64,000 bases of DNA, taken from Camelus ferus (Eukaryota). The translations under genes and the position numbers were made by a program. This document shows, in pieces, positions 13,700 to 26,780 of the stretch. Within the stretch, counting starts at the first letter, position 1. Each line of letters opens with the position of its first letter. The notes below the pieces were generated by a model. The model was not told the DNA's origin, did no database searches, and saw only the letters and a list, made by a program, of their open reading frames with translations. The stretch is taken from positions 89,220,001 to 89,284,000 of the forward strand of contig NC_045697.1 of NCBI RefSeq assembly GCF_009834535.1, given 5' to 3'.

Positions 13700-15050
13700 A
13701 GATTTGGGGGAAAAAAAGAGTTGGAGTTCCAGACAAGGTAGAAAGAAAAAGTCATCTAAGCAAAAGGAACAATGTGTGCAAGGACAGGACTTTACGGCCA
13801 CCCATGGCATGCTCAGGGAAAATTCTCAGTTTGATGATGTGTGTGGAAAAGAATGAGTGGAGGTGAGGTTGGAAAATTCATTTTAAGGCAGGTTTTAAAT
13901 CGGCATGTTGCTATTTAAAACAGCTCAGAATTTAATTTGTGTTATTCTAGTATTGGGCTGAAGGTAGGGGTTCTCTAACAGGAGAAGGATATGGCAGTAC
14001 TTGTGCATTATTTGGCGACTGGACTGTATACGAGAGAAAATGTAAATAGGGAGATCATTAAAAAGAAGAGCCCTAGTGAATTTTAAATGGGTCTAAACTT
14101 AAGTAGCAACAGTGGAGGTAAATGGCAGAGAAGTTCTTGGGCAAGAGGCATTACACAAATCATGGAAACTGATGCAGAGGCAGTAATGAAGAGTCATAAT
14201 TTTCAGCTTTAGTAAAGGTAGCAACAATGTCATTAACCACATTGAAGGATACATGAGAGGGAGTGGAGAAAATGACTTCCATGTTCTATTTTGAGTCTGT
14301 AGAGTTGGATGAGCTTAAATATTTGCTTACAAATGTTCATTGAGCTCGTAAGAATAGTAGGAGGCAGTTTAGAAAAGTGGTTGAGCTCAGATTCCACATC
14401 TGAATTCCAACTCCACTTCTAGAAAACTGAAAGTTCACAGTTTCCTCCTCTGAAAAATGGAGAAAATAATACCTAATTTATATGTATTTGTAAGTCAAAT
14501 CAGGTATTATAGGTAAACCACATAGCACTGTGGTTTATACGCCTGGATACAGTAAGTATTCAGTAAATGTGAGATATTTACAACTTACATGAGGACATCA
14601 TAGAATTCTATGGAGGACTGCTGCAGGATTGAAGTTAATAAAATCAACCAGGAGGCATTTAAGAAGATTCCAAGAATTACTTGAAGAATTAAGGAGAACT
14701 CTTAGAAACAGAAATAATAAGTAAATGGATAAAGCAGAAAAATCAATAGAAGCTAATGAGAAAGAGTACTCATAATGATAGGTTAAGAAAAAGAGAGTTT
14801 TGAGTGTTATTAACATCAGAGAAAAGAGGGCAGGTTTTCATGAAAGAAGATTCTACTGCCTATTTTAAAAAATTAAAAAAGAGAACTACTCTAAGAAGCA
14901 TAAGCACTGAAAAAGTTCTTTGTGGTTACAAGTTAGATTTTGTGAGGACTCATGAGAGCAGTTTGTATGAGGCAGAAAAAAGATTTCAGTGGGCTGAAGG
15001 TGGAAACAGATTGCAGAAAATGAAGTGGTTGCAGACTACTTAAAAAGAAG
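13700..15050 (-). mobile_element. L2 LINE remnant interrupted by a MIR
   Basis: Purine-rich antisense L2 motifs: aaggaacaatgtgtgcaagg, gaggtgaggttgga, ttagattttgtgagg...gagcagttt. Confidence 0.55.
14355..14580 (+). mobile_element. MIR SINE
   Basis: cagtttcctcctctgaaaaatggagaaaataatacct...gcctggatacagtaagtattcagtaaatgt. Confidence 0.75.
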
Positions 15051-15257
15051 ATTGGTGCTTAGCGAGCAAAGTTATGTTAAATATGTTTGTGCTACAGCAA
15101 AAATAGTCTAGGCACAAAGTTAAAGTGTTTGATTAGAGAAATAATATGCAAAGTTTATGAAAAGTACATTTAAAGTCTTCATTGTGCAATGTCTTCATTT
15201 ATAACAGCAAAACGGAAGCTAAAATTTTTAGATATCAAAGCTTTTGCCATACTGTTT

Positions 15258-15472
15258 TTTTTTTGTAATTGAAGCATAGTCAGTTTTTACAGTAGTGTGT
15301 CAATTTCTGGTGTACAGCATAATGTTTCAGTCATACATGTACATACAAATATTCGTTTTCATATTGTTTTTCATTATCGGTTGCTACAATATATTGAATC
15401 AAGTTCCCTGTGCTATATAGAAGAAACTTGGTGTTTATCTATATTACATATAGTAGTTAGTATCGCAAATCT
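15258..15472 (-). mobile_element. Young lineage-specific L1 3' end (camelid-like) with 17-bp TSD
   Basis: polyT then aattgaagcatagtcagttt...tcaatttctggtgtacagcataatgtttcagtcataca. TSD cttttgccatactgttt (15241-15257) / cttctgccatactgttt (15473-15489). Confidence 0.88.
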
Positions 15473-15780
15473 CTTCTGCCATACTGTTTGATGAGAACTT
15501 CATATAGAGGAAAAGAAAGAGGTGAACAAATGAGGAGGTAAGTTGTTTTCTTATATAGTTTTATATAACTTTTACACATTTATAATCAATAAACTTCACG
15601 TAATCTCAATAAAGTTGCCAGCTGAATTTTAAGCTAAAAAAAAAGCAAAAATAGCTCATGAATTTCTTAGAAAAAAGGCTAATGAGTAAAAGATGAGAAA
15701 AAACGGTTAATGAGTAAAAGACACACCAGCATATAAATAAACTCCTAAATGAAAAAGGAATGAGAATCCAGTGTAAGATA

Positions 15781-16605
15781 TGTAGTAGTCAGGGATTCAA
15801 TTAGGAGAGAGAAACTGCACCAATAATTTGAAAAGGGACAATTTACTAAAGAACTGTCTACTAGTAAAAAATGGTTAGTGACTATAAGGGGTAAGAGCAG
15901 ATAGACAGTAAGGGATACAGAAATAACAAATTCAAAACCAAACTAAGCCAACACAAACGAACAAAACTACTACCTTTATGGTTGAGGAAAAGTGAACAAG
16001 GAAGGAAAAAAGAGCTTGGAAGAGATCCTGTACTTCCACCCTTAGGATGAGATTCAGATATGACTGGAGAGAGCTTGGTGCCACAGAAACACGCAGACTA
16101 CGAAAGACAAAGAAACTTGCCTGAGTCACAGGATAAAACCAGTATAAAGGAGCAGACTACCAAGCAGTTGAGAAACTTGCCAATGGGTGCAGGCAGGCAG
16201 GGTTCAGTCAATACAATTTACTGCATGACCAGAAAATTTACTCAAAGGATGTGGGTAGGCCAGCACTGGTCTTTCGGAAATTACTCATGGAATGGCTGAG
16301 AAACTTGCTGGAAGATGCAGGTGGGACAGAGCTGTTCTGGAGAAATGGCCTTCTGGTTGGTCAAGAAAATTACAGGAAGATGTAACCCCTAATTTCCTAC
16401 TGTGGCTTCATGTTCCCGATCCACTCAGGCCAAGAAGTCTCTTCCCCTTGCCAAGATCACGTAGTTTCTCTCCAGGCCCTTTGTTAACAAAGCCTAACAT
16501 CAAGCCAACTGACAAAAGAAATATCCTTACGGGGTTCAGCCTTGATCCACAAAAGTGCACAAAAACGAGCTGATGTGTAGCTGAAATGTAATAATAACTG
16601 GCAAA
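15781..16605 (-). mobile_element. Old ERVL-class solo LTR (subfamily uncertain)
   Basis: Starts tgtagtagtcagggattcaattaggagagagaaac and ends agcctaacatcaagccaactgacaaaagaaata...taactggca, typical of ancient ERVL LTRs. Confidence 0.6.
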
Positions 16606-16609
16606 AATC

Positions 16610-17650
16610 CAAATACAAACAGGAGTTTAGTATATTATAAATGGTCAAAACATTACAAGAAATTATGGGGGGGGTTTCTTGTATAAGTGCAGTCTGAGAA
16701 TTATTTAAAGAAAAACACATCAGAAAATTAAAAGAAAACTTTGACATATATAGTGAAGTATTATACATGCAAAATAACCACAACAAAGTCAAAGACAATT
16801 AAAAAACAGACAAAAATACTAGCAACTCATATCACAGAAAAATGGGCAATAACCCTAACATAAAGAATTTTATGTGTCAAAATAAATGCACAAATATAGT
16901 AGAAAAAACCCCAAAAGGTACGATCACACTGCAGAAAATAGTAAATACAAATGTCTCTTAAATATATGAAATAATGTTCAACCTGACTCAAAGTAAGAGA
17001 AAGGAGAATAACAACTGTAACAAAATATTTTCACCTATCAGATTAGCAAAAAAATACGCTGCACTGGCAAAGAAATAAACTGGTAGGCTCATATAGCTAG
17101 TGTGCAATTTGGCAATATCTAAATTTTTGTACATACCTCTTATTTTCAGTCTTAGGAATTTATGTTAGAGTTTTCCCTGCATAAGTGAAAACTGAAGTAT
17201 CTACATGGATATCTATTTTAGCTTTTTTTAATTGGAAAAAAATTGGCAACAACCTATAATAAATATCCATCAGTAGTTAACTGGTTAAAAACCAATACAT
17301 CTAAACAATGGAACACTGTTCATCTAAAGAGAAAAATCAAGAAGCTGTATCATTAATACTTGAAACTAATTAGTGCATATTTATGAGTAAAAAAATAAAT
17401 TCAGAACAGTGTGTGTAGTTTAAAAAGAGAAAAACAGTAAGTACTTGTATGCATTACACCCAGTACATATAAAGAATGAAGTATATGTATATTTCTGAAG
17501 GATACACAAGAAAATGCTCACACATCTCTGGAGAGGAGAAGTAGGTGGTAAGTGGAATGAAAGGATGCATTCTGCAATGCACTCTTCTGTAACTTTTGAA
17601 TATTGTAAGTGTGAAGTGACTATTATCAATTAAAAACACAATAAAATATT
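16610..17650 (+). mobile_element. Ancient L1 (L1ME-like) 3' portion
   Basis: ttttcacctatcagattagcaaaa, ggcaacaacct...aaatatccatcagta, A-rich end. Confidence 0.7.
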
Positions 17651-19199
17651 TAAGTTATTCAATCTCTTTAAAAGTATTGGCATATAGTTTTCAATAAGGT
17701 ATAATCCTCATCCTGGAGTGTCTCACAATTTATAAATATATTAGACGCATGAACAATAATGACACATCAATATAATAACTTACAGTAAAGTTATATACAA
17801 AATACTATAGGAATACACTATTGTCTAGCTTTGCATCGAGGAGTCAATGAAGGTTTCTCAAGAAATAATCAATTTTATTGGAGCTCATCATCCTAGAATG
17901 ATTTTTGCCTTATTATTTTCCTACAAAAATTCTGCCTAGTCCCACTTCAATAGTTATTATCTAGGTAAATTCAGCCAATGTTGAACTTCTCCCATCTTTG
18001 GGATTCTGTCATGGTTACTGTTTATATCACCAATATGAATACTTGCTCCTCATTTGTTATTAACTGTTTCATGGCCTACATCCAACCTCTCTGGTAAATT
18101 TTAATGCCCTACAAGTCAGGGATAGTAAATACGGTTATCTTGGGAATGCTTGTCAGTGCCTACAATACTGTTCTTCCAAGAGCCAAAGCTTACTAAGTAC
18201 TTTTGGGGGGAAATGAGTAAAATACTGGCTTTCCATATCCTGTAAGACATACCTGATGGTAGACTGAGAAAAGCCTCTGCTAAAATTCATGAATATAGAA
18301 AAATAATATTCACATCAGGCATTCACAAAAAATAATACTAATGAGAAAAATACCTGTGGTGAACTATTTGTAAAATAACCTCCTCCTGGGTTTAATACAC
18401 CACAATTTAAAAAGAGTTCAGTTCTGCAAACTAGGAGAGTAATGTATTAGGGGCCAAAATCCATTTCAGCTGTCATTGACTACATAGTCCAAGAAGCAGC
18501 TCAAACCATCAAGGTGTTTTATTTAAGCTTTTCTACTATTGAAAAAAAATACTGCATTATGTCTACATGAGAAATATTTTTGGAAAACTAAAATAATCCT
18601 GTAAGTAATATATCCATGCTGACTTACAAACCGTTAATCCCTCTCCCCACCACATACATCAAAATCTCACACAAACCTAATTAAAGATAGAGAAAGCAAC
18701 ACGTTCATTAAATTATATAGTTGTTAATAAATTCTACCAGATTACTTGGCCATACAATAGCACTTGAAGAGTTGTGTTCCAAATGTTATGTATACATTTT
18801 ATATATGTGCAATATTTCCAAGTTGACTAGTACCAACTGTAAAGTAAAAAGCTAATGTTTACCCTTAACAAGTCACATGGGATTCTTATAATTTAGGCCC
18901 TTACCTGGAAATCTATTCTCCAAAGACTAATTGAGAAGAAAGGAATTTCCATAAATGGAGGGCTGATTAACTAAACCCAGTGCTGTTTCCATGTATTAAC
19001 CACAAGAAGCCCACGTCTCCCAGGTATTTCTTCATAATACTCTGTATACCCCTTTATGGACCCCAACTCTAGCCTTCTATTCCTGAGCCCTTACACCAGG
19101 CTGCTTAGGAACGCAAGGTGCCTCATCAGCGCTGTCTCCCAGATCCTTGACCCACTGTCTGCAGGCTCCCTCTTACTTCCTCTAACTAAAACCCGGAGC

Positions 19200-20990
19200 T
19201 CCCCTCAAGGCAACACAGCTTCCTCTGCAGTTTCTGTGTAGCTTATTTTCTACTTGACATTCCTTTCTTTTCATTGCTGTTTTCAGACTGTTATCCTGTG
19301 TTTCTCCCTGAAACCTTTTAGCATTGGATCTCTTCTCATCAGACACTACTTCATCAACGCTCCTTGCTACAGTCATAGACTGACCTTCTCATCTCTTCCT
19401 TTAATTTCTTAAATATTTTAGCTCCTGACTCCTCATACCTCTCTCCAAACTGTTTCCTATGACTACTGGTGATTTCAAAATCTTGAACCAAGTTCTACCC
19501 AGTGCCCTTCCCTTTGAGTTATTAGCCTCAACTCTTTCCATGATATCAGCTTTCCAACTTCTTCAACCATTCTCTCACATCATCACACCCTACACCTCAT
19601 GACTACCAGTAAGCATATCCAGTGCATAACTGGATTTCCACCATCCCATTCTCAGGTCGCCGTCTCTTGCCTTTCCAGCTCAGTCCCTTTAGTACCTACC
19701 CTTCCATTTCACAATGAACTTCTCACCCATTTCACCTTTACTTCCTTTTTCACAGACATTAAATTCCATGGTTAATTTTAATTCTATCTTCTGTACACTC
19801 TTAACCAGACCTTTCTTAGATCAAAATATTCTTATGGCAAAATAAATGTTCTGGTGAAATTCAAAATAGCATCTACTGTGTGCCTTCACCCATGCAGCTT
19901 AGCATTTTTAAAGAGAAATACAAATAATTCTGACTCCTCTTCATAATATAGTAATTCTGACTTCAAGGTCATAATTACTCAATTCGTGGGGGTCGTCAAT
20001 GGGTGCCTAGCATTCATTCTGATTTTCTTGGTCAATCCACATGCTCACACTTTTGATTATTTTGTACCTTCTTCTATCTTATCAAACCTTGAAAACTTTC
20101 TCTCTCATCCTCAATCTCAGCTGAGCACCTTGCTTTCTATTTCACTGACTAATAGAAACAAGCCAACATGAAGTTCACAAGTTCCCCTCTCGTATCCACA
20201 CACCTGTGAGCATCTGCACCTAAATATTAGGACTCCACTCCTGTTACTCATCCCTCTCTCCTCTCCAGGTTATTGCTGTAGCAGTTTTCTCTCTCTCTCC
20301 TGCAGACTGAGTACCTTTCCTCTACTGGATCTTTTCCATCAAAATAAAATCACGTTTGTCTCCATTTTAAGAAAAGTCTCTTTTAGTTCTAGTTTTTCCT
20401 CTAGATACAGCCCATTTCTTTCCCTTCTTTTGCAGCAAAACTGTTCAACAGTTTATACATTTTATCTCTAATCTATGTCATGGGAACCCATTTTCCATAG
20501 GCTTTTACCCCCACCATTCCACTGAAACTTCAGTCCTCATTCTACATAACTTATCAGCAGAAGGTTTTGAGGCAGTTGATTATTCCTCTCTGATATATTT
20601 TTTTTCCCACACAGGACACACTATGTTCTAGTTTTGCTTCTACTTGATTTGCTGCTGCTTTTCAGTATTCTTCGCTGGATCCTTCTCATCTCTTTGGCCT
20701 TTTGATATTGGAATGTTATAGTGTTTCATTCTTTTACTTCTTCTCTTTTCTATATGAACTCCTGCTCTTGATCTTATTCAGCATCATTCAATTTAAATGC
20801 CTGTTATAGGCAAGAGTATCCCTAACTTAGATCCCCTAAACTCTTATTCCTATATTCACCTCCACTTGGATGTGTAACAGATATCTCAAAATTGAGATGT
20901 CATGAAATCAGCTCCTGAACTTTTCCTTGCTAAACTGGCTTCTCCCAAGATTCCTCAATTGAAGTTAATATCAGTATCATTGTTCCAATA
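19200..20990 (+). mobile_element. Long L2 LINE remnant
   Basis: Pyrimidine-rich L2 motifs: ccaccattccactgaaact, ttatcagcag...gttgat, tccacttggatgtgtaacagatatctcaaa. Confidence 0.75.
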
Positions 20991-20999
20991 AATATTAAT

Positions 21000-21450
21000 G
21001 GCAAGTAGTTAAATTAATAAAAATAGAAAACAAACACGTTATAGGATAGAAAAAGTAAAACTGGCTCTTCGAAAAGTATACTACATATGAAACATGTATG
21101 TGAAATATATGTGGGAATAATTATATATATATGTACACACATACACATATAGATAACAAACACACACACAAACACCCAACAATACAAACATACAATATCC
21201 TTGAATGAAAAAGAGGATATCACAAAAGGTCAAGAGGCATTAAACTCTTAATAAGAATGTATTCACAATAACCTGATTCCAATCAACTTTAAAATTTAAA
21301 AGAAGTAGCTTTATTTATTTATTTAGAAAACCTAACTTACAGAAACTGACACAAAATGAAATTAAAAATTCTGAATAGTATTACAACTATTAGAATTAGT
21401 AAGGCAAAATTCCAGCTTAGAGGGCTGCAGTAGTAAACTCCGTCACACAG
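21000..21450 (+). mobile_element. Old L1 ORF2 fragment
   Basis: aacttacagaaactgacacaaaatgaaattaaaaattctgaatag and a degenerate KSPGPDGFTGEFYQT codon string (aaaattccagcttagagggctgcagtagtaaactccgtcacaca). Confidence 0.6.
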
Positions 21451-22752
21451 GGCTCCTCCTGAAACATTTATCACTACCGAATACATGGTGACAAGGAGGC
21501 ATCGCAGATCATACGAGAAAACAAACCATAGCACCATAGGGTGGGGGTCGATTTTTCTTCAGTTTATTTTCACTGATTTCATCTAATTTAAATTTTTATC
21601 AGAGATACACTGTTTTTTGTTTGTTTGTTTGTTTTTTACCATAGTCTAAAGAAACCAAAGTTTCTTTTTAACATTATTGGTATTCTCTGAAGGAAGAAGA
21701 TGATTCTAACTAAATGGTAGACGTTTTCTATACTTCAAAATACAGTGAACATGCATGGACTTAGAACCTCATTTCTTTCATGGAGTTATTACAAAACAAG
21801 AGAAATATCTCTCTTCAAGTTAATGTAAACTATACCCATTGTGTGATAAACCTTTTCACGTTTTGAACTTATTTTGTGACTATTCATTTCTTTGCATTTT
21901 AATTAGGCTAGAAGTTTTAGAAAGTTTGGAAATTTAAAATATATCAAGCTACATATGATTATACAGATAAAATATGGCACATGTATATTTCTATTACTAA
22001 AGGTTTATACATCTCTTTACACCTGTAGCAATAAAACACATAGTCCACTACCTTTGCTCGTATTTTGCTACAATGATCTAATGATGAATGGGTACAAATT
22101 TTTTTAAAAAACTATATATCTCTTGGTCAAAGAGAAAACAATTATTTAGACCTCCATGTTATGCTGACTCCATGTTGTGATAACCTCAGTGAGAATATAA
22201 GGGCAAAAACGTGAAGTGCAGTTGATGTGAGGAGGAGTCAGAAGTGATCTATGTGTTAGTATAACCTGTAATATTTCTCTTCCACCTTCAGAACTGAAAC
22301 ATGACCAGATCTGGCTCAGTCTATTGTCGAATTCCAGATGTTCACAGAGTTAGTTTGCTATCACCCTCTGAATCACTTTTCAGTAGAGAAAGAAGTCAGA
22401 GATTGGTCATTTCAGGCAATTGCTGTCACCAAGGGTTAGTTTCACATGTAAGAAACTGGGTGTTTTTGAATGGTTGAAAGCTTGTTCCCTCTTTGTATGG
22501 CATTAAAATCCTACACAATGTCATTCATTCAAAGTTCTGACATTTGAAACAGCTTATATCACTCTGTTGGATTGTATTTCATTTTTGAATCAGCTGTAGA
22601 AAATATTTTATTCGTATTTGTTTTATAATATAAAATTGCAACGAGCAAAAAATCATACCCCCCATCTGTTATGAACTATTCACTATTCCTGGAGAATGGC
22701 TGAGTATAAACATATTGTCATCTGGTCAAATAGAATGCCAAATGATCAAGAG

Positions 22753-22753
<1 letters not shown>

Positions 22754-22782
<29 letters not shown>
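22754..22782. repeat. (TG)14 microsatellite
   Basis: Direct reading. Confidence 0.95.
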
Positions 22783-22784
<2 letters not shown>

Positions 22785-23501
22785 TTAAAAGGAAGCTTTT
22801 TTGTTTATGCTTTTGATTTTGTAATTTTCTTTTAGTTGACAAAACGTTTAAAGGAATGCATCACTCTCCAAAATTTTGGAGTTTGCATTATACATACATT
22901 TAATCTAAATACGTGAAATGAATATATAAGGCTTATACTTCTTGAAAGTAAAGGTTAAAAAAAAGTGGAGGGTATGAGGAGACTAGAAACTACTATACTG
23001 GGAAAACAAAAATTTATATGCATTAATTGTTAAGTTAGAAAGCAATATAAAATAAGGAGGTATTGAACTATGTGACACAAGAAGAGATGATCCAGAATGA
23101 GACAGGTCAGTGGTGGGCTGGAGCTACTGAGGGAGGATTTCTGTAAAAAGTTGAGGCTGAATAGAAAAAGACTAAAAAATAATGGAATGGTAAAACAAAA
23201 ATTTACAAATGATGACTAAAGCTTAGCAGAAGTTAGTTTAAATATCAATGAAATAAGATAAAAGTGTCCATGGTGAAAAATAAAGTATATGATTTGACAG
23301 CAAATTTTACCACTAGAGTTCTTGAGCAAGAAGTAATGGGATAAAAGTGGTCATTTGTAAAAAATATATTTCAGGGGTTTTATTCAATGTAGACTTCCAA
23401 GGGTGAGAAGGCTATTAAGGAGTTTAGGCTTGAGATTGTACAATCCTAACAACTAGAACCTGAATTTCTTTTAGAATCAACTTGTCTTTGTTTGGGAAAA
23501 T

Positions 23502-23608
23502 TTTTTTTTTTTTAATTGAGTGTTAGTCAGTTTACAATGTTGTGCCAATTTGTCACGTAGAGCACAATTTTTCAGTCATACATGAATATACATACATTCA
23601 TTTTCAAA
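23502..23608 (-). mobile_element. Short young L1 3' end (same family as 15258) with 11-bp TSD
   Basis: polyT-aattgag..tagtcagtttacaatgttgtg. TSD tttgggaaaat at 23491-23501 and 23609-23619. Confidence 0.85.
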
Positions 23609-24369
23609 TTTGGGAAAATATCTTGAAGTCCCTTTGTGAGTTGTATGAGGGAGTCTGGAGACATGGACTCTGAGAAACCAAGCCGACAAAAAGACTGAGC
23701 CCCCAGTCCTGGGAAAATGGCCAAGAGACTTTAGGACCAAAAGTATCCAACATAGATTCTTCAGTTGCTTGTAATGCTACGTTGCAAACACTTTCATTTC
23801 TGCAAATTTTAACAAATCATGAAATGAAACTATATGAAAATAGGCTGGAGTGGAGGGTGCTTTGTAGCACTCATTTATTATCACCCAAGTAGTACATGAG
23901 CATGATGGCTAGATAATGTCTCAATTTAAACAATTAAGCAAAAGCACCATAAATAAAATGAAGTCTGGTAGAAGATATTTACTTTCTGGTACAGAAAAAA
24001 GTGAATATCCATACTATAGAAACATTTCCACAAATTAATATTAAAAGGCAAATACCTATAAAAATAATGAGGAAATGATTTTAAAAGGTCTTTCACAGAA
24101 AAGATTAAAATCACCAAAAAAAATATGAAGTTATATTTAGCTTCTCTAGTGATGTAATTTCCTTTATTGATCAGATTAGAAAGAAATATTATTATACTTA
24201 TTATTGGCAAAGATAAGATGAAGGGGATATTTTGTACAGAACTGGCAGCATTATAGATTAGCATAGTCTTTATAGCCTTAATAGCCTTTATGGCAACGCT
24301 ATGGTTTTGATAACGATTATATATCCAAAAAAGTCCTGTTACAACCGAAATCTTACATGAAAGGGGGCA

Positions 24370-25385
24370 GTATTACCAATTCGAGGTAAATGAAAAGGAT
24401 TATAAATGAGGATTATGAGTAAGTGCACATCAACAAATTAGATAACCTGGATGAAATGGACAAATTCCTAAAAACACAACACCTACCAAGACAGAATCAT
24501 GAAAAAATAGAAAATGTGAATAGACCTATAACTAGCAAAGAGATTGAATTGGTAATAAAAAAAAATCTTCCTACACAGAACAGCCCTGTTCCTGAATATT
24601 TCACTTTATGAATTCTACCAAACATGTAAAGAACTAACACCAATCTTTCTCAAACATTGTCAAAACAATGACAAGGAGGGAACACGGTCTAGCTCATTCT
24701 CTGAGGCCAGCTAGAAGGAAATTACTTCAATATTACAAAACCTACAATAAACGTACCCAGTGATAAAAACCTGCAAGATTTTCTTCTAAAACTGAAAACA
24801 AAGAAAGGACGCCTGCTATTACCACTTCTGTTTAACAAAGTACTGCTGGAAGTTCTAGCCAGAGCAATTAGGCAAGATAAAGAAATAAAAGAAGTAAATT
24901 TATATGTATTTGTATATGATAGGTAGAAGCCCATAAAGATTCCACATACACAAAAATGCTAAAACTAGTGAGTGAATTCAGTAAAGCAGCAAGATACAAA
25001 GTCAACAAACAAAAATCAGCTACATATTGTACACTAACAATGAACAATAAAAATTAAGATAACTATTCCATTTACAATAGCATCAAAAAATAAAATACCA
25101 AACAGGTTTTCACCTGATTTATACAATAAAAACAAGAAAACATTATTAAAAGAAATTCTAAAAGATACAAATAAATGAAAGCATGTTTATGAACAGGAAG
25201 ACTTGATATTGTTAAGATGTCAATACTAACCAAGTGATCTATAGATTAAATACAATTGCTATCAAAATCCTGATATTTTTTGCAGAATAGAAAAATCTAT
25301 GCTAGAATCTATATGGACCTCACAGAAGCCTGAAGAGCCAAAACAATTTTGAAAGAGAACAAATCTGGAGATCTCATATTTCAAA
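24370..25385 (+). mobile_element. L1 ORF2 internal fragment with deletions
   Basis: ORF 24423 NKLDNLDEMDKFL...NRPITSKEIELVIK and gtactgctggaagttctagccagagcaattaggcaaga (VLEVLARAIRQ). Confidence 0.9.
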
Positions 25386-25649
25386 AGGAATGAAGAAGGT
25401 TACAGTAACTGTACACAAATATCCATTACATGGAAAGAACAACGAGCTTAGAGAACCTGAATCTCAAGTAATATGATAAAAGCATGCCTGCCCCTTTGCT
25501 CAGATGAAGATTATTTCTATTTTTCCAAATTTATAACAACATCCTTACAAAAGGAGTTCTAAACAAGGACAATCAGTAACTCTGCTCATAGGTGGTGCAG
25601 AAATATGAGACCCATGAAACACTGTCTCCCTATACTTTACAGAACATAG

Positions 25650-25850
25650 GATCTCTCACTTGCCAACACTGTGATCTTAGACAAATTTATTAATCTCCTT
25701 AAACTTGTGTTTCATCATCTCTATTACAGTGATAGTCACAGCCTCACAGAGTAGCTGTGAGGATTATATGGAGTTCTACAATCTACATAAAAGCAGAAAA
25801 AAGAGTGTCTGGCACATTGGAAGGAGTCAACAAAATGTGCCTCATATTAT
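25650..25850 (+). mobile_element. MIR SINE
   Basis: tgtgatcttagacaaatt...gtttcatcatct...cctcacagagtagctgtgaggatta...gtgtctggcaca. Confidence 0.7.
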
Positions 25851-26634
25851 TACTAGGCCTAATCTTCTTGTGTGTTTTGAGGTGTTTGAGCTTAGCCTCC
25901 ATGGCGTAAGTTTGAGGGAAACTCAGAGCTACCAATCCAGTCAGTCTTCAAATGCCAACGACTGCCGTAAGGATGGTCACTAAGTGAGTAGTTTAAAATG
26001 AGCACCACTGGAAATGAAGGAAAATGAGCCATAATCCAGGGCATGAAAAAAAGATACTAGAATTATGTGAGTCAACCTGCATGATTACACCTGAAAGAAT
26101 GAAAAAGCTAGAAGAAGGAAGTCAAATAAAATAAGTATAAAGAAAATGAGAAAATATCACATGATCACAGATCATCAAAAAGAGATGGGTGAAATGCTGT
26201 ATGCTGAAAAATCAAGGAGAGATTTAGGAGTTATCTTTCACAATAAATGTCTTCCCTGATTTCTCTCATATGTATGGTTTGACCCACTATATTGGGACAC
26301 CCAAGATTTTTGCCCTGTGTTAAAATTCATTACGAAGTCCAACTTTCACTTCCTAATGCAGGAGGAAACATCTAGGAGGCCTCATGGCCGAGTAGTATGT
26401 ACTTCTCCAAAGCACAAGTGGCCTGAGTATCAAAAATCTCTTGCTTCCAAGATATTCTCAGGAGCAGTTAGCTAGTATCAGATAATTACATTTTAATTTT
26501 AGCAGGAACAGTCTGATCCTGACACATATACAATTAACAACCTTATCCTTAAACACAGATTTCAATTAAGGTCTCAATTATGCTCCAATAACTGAAATTA
26601 GAATTTCGTATATATATTAGCTCACATGATTAGA

Positions 26635-26780
26635 CTATTTTTTACAATGAATTCTACTTTATAGCTTAGGAAACTAAGATCCAGAGATGAGCGAATGAAA
26701 CAGCTCTAGGTCACATTAGCTGAATCTCAAAAGCTATGTTGGCCTGACTGCAAAGTTCATGATCTTATCTGTACAGTACA
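26635..26780 (-). mobile_element. MIR SINE fragment
   Basis: ttttatagcttaggaaactaagatccagag...aggtcacattagct...gcctgactgcaaagttcatgatctt. Confidence 0.6.

Noticed and set aside
21450..21612. Possible DNA-transposon fragment with several CpGs
   Set aside because: No paired terminal inverted repeats or TSD found, and the left part is explained by L1 ORF2.
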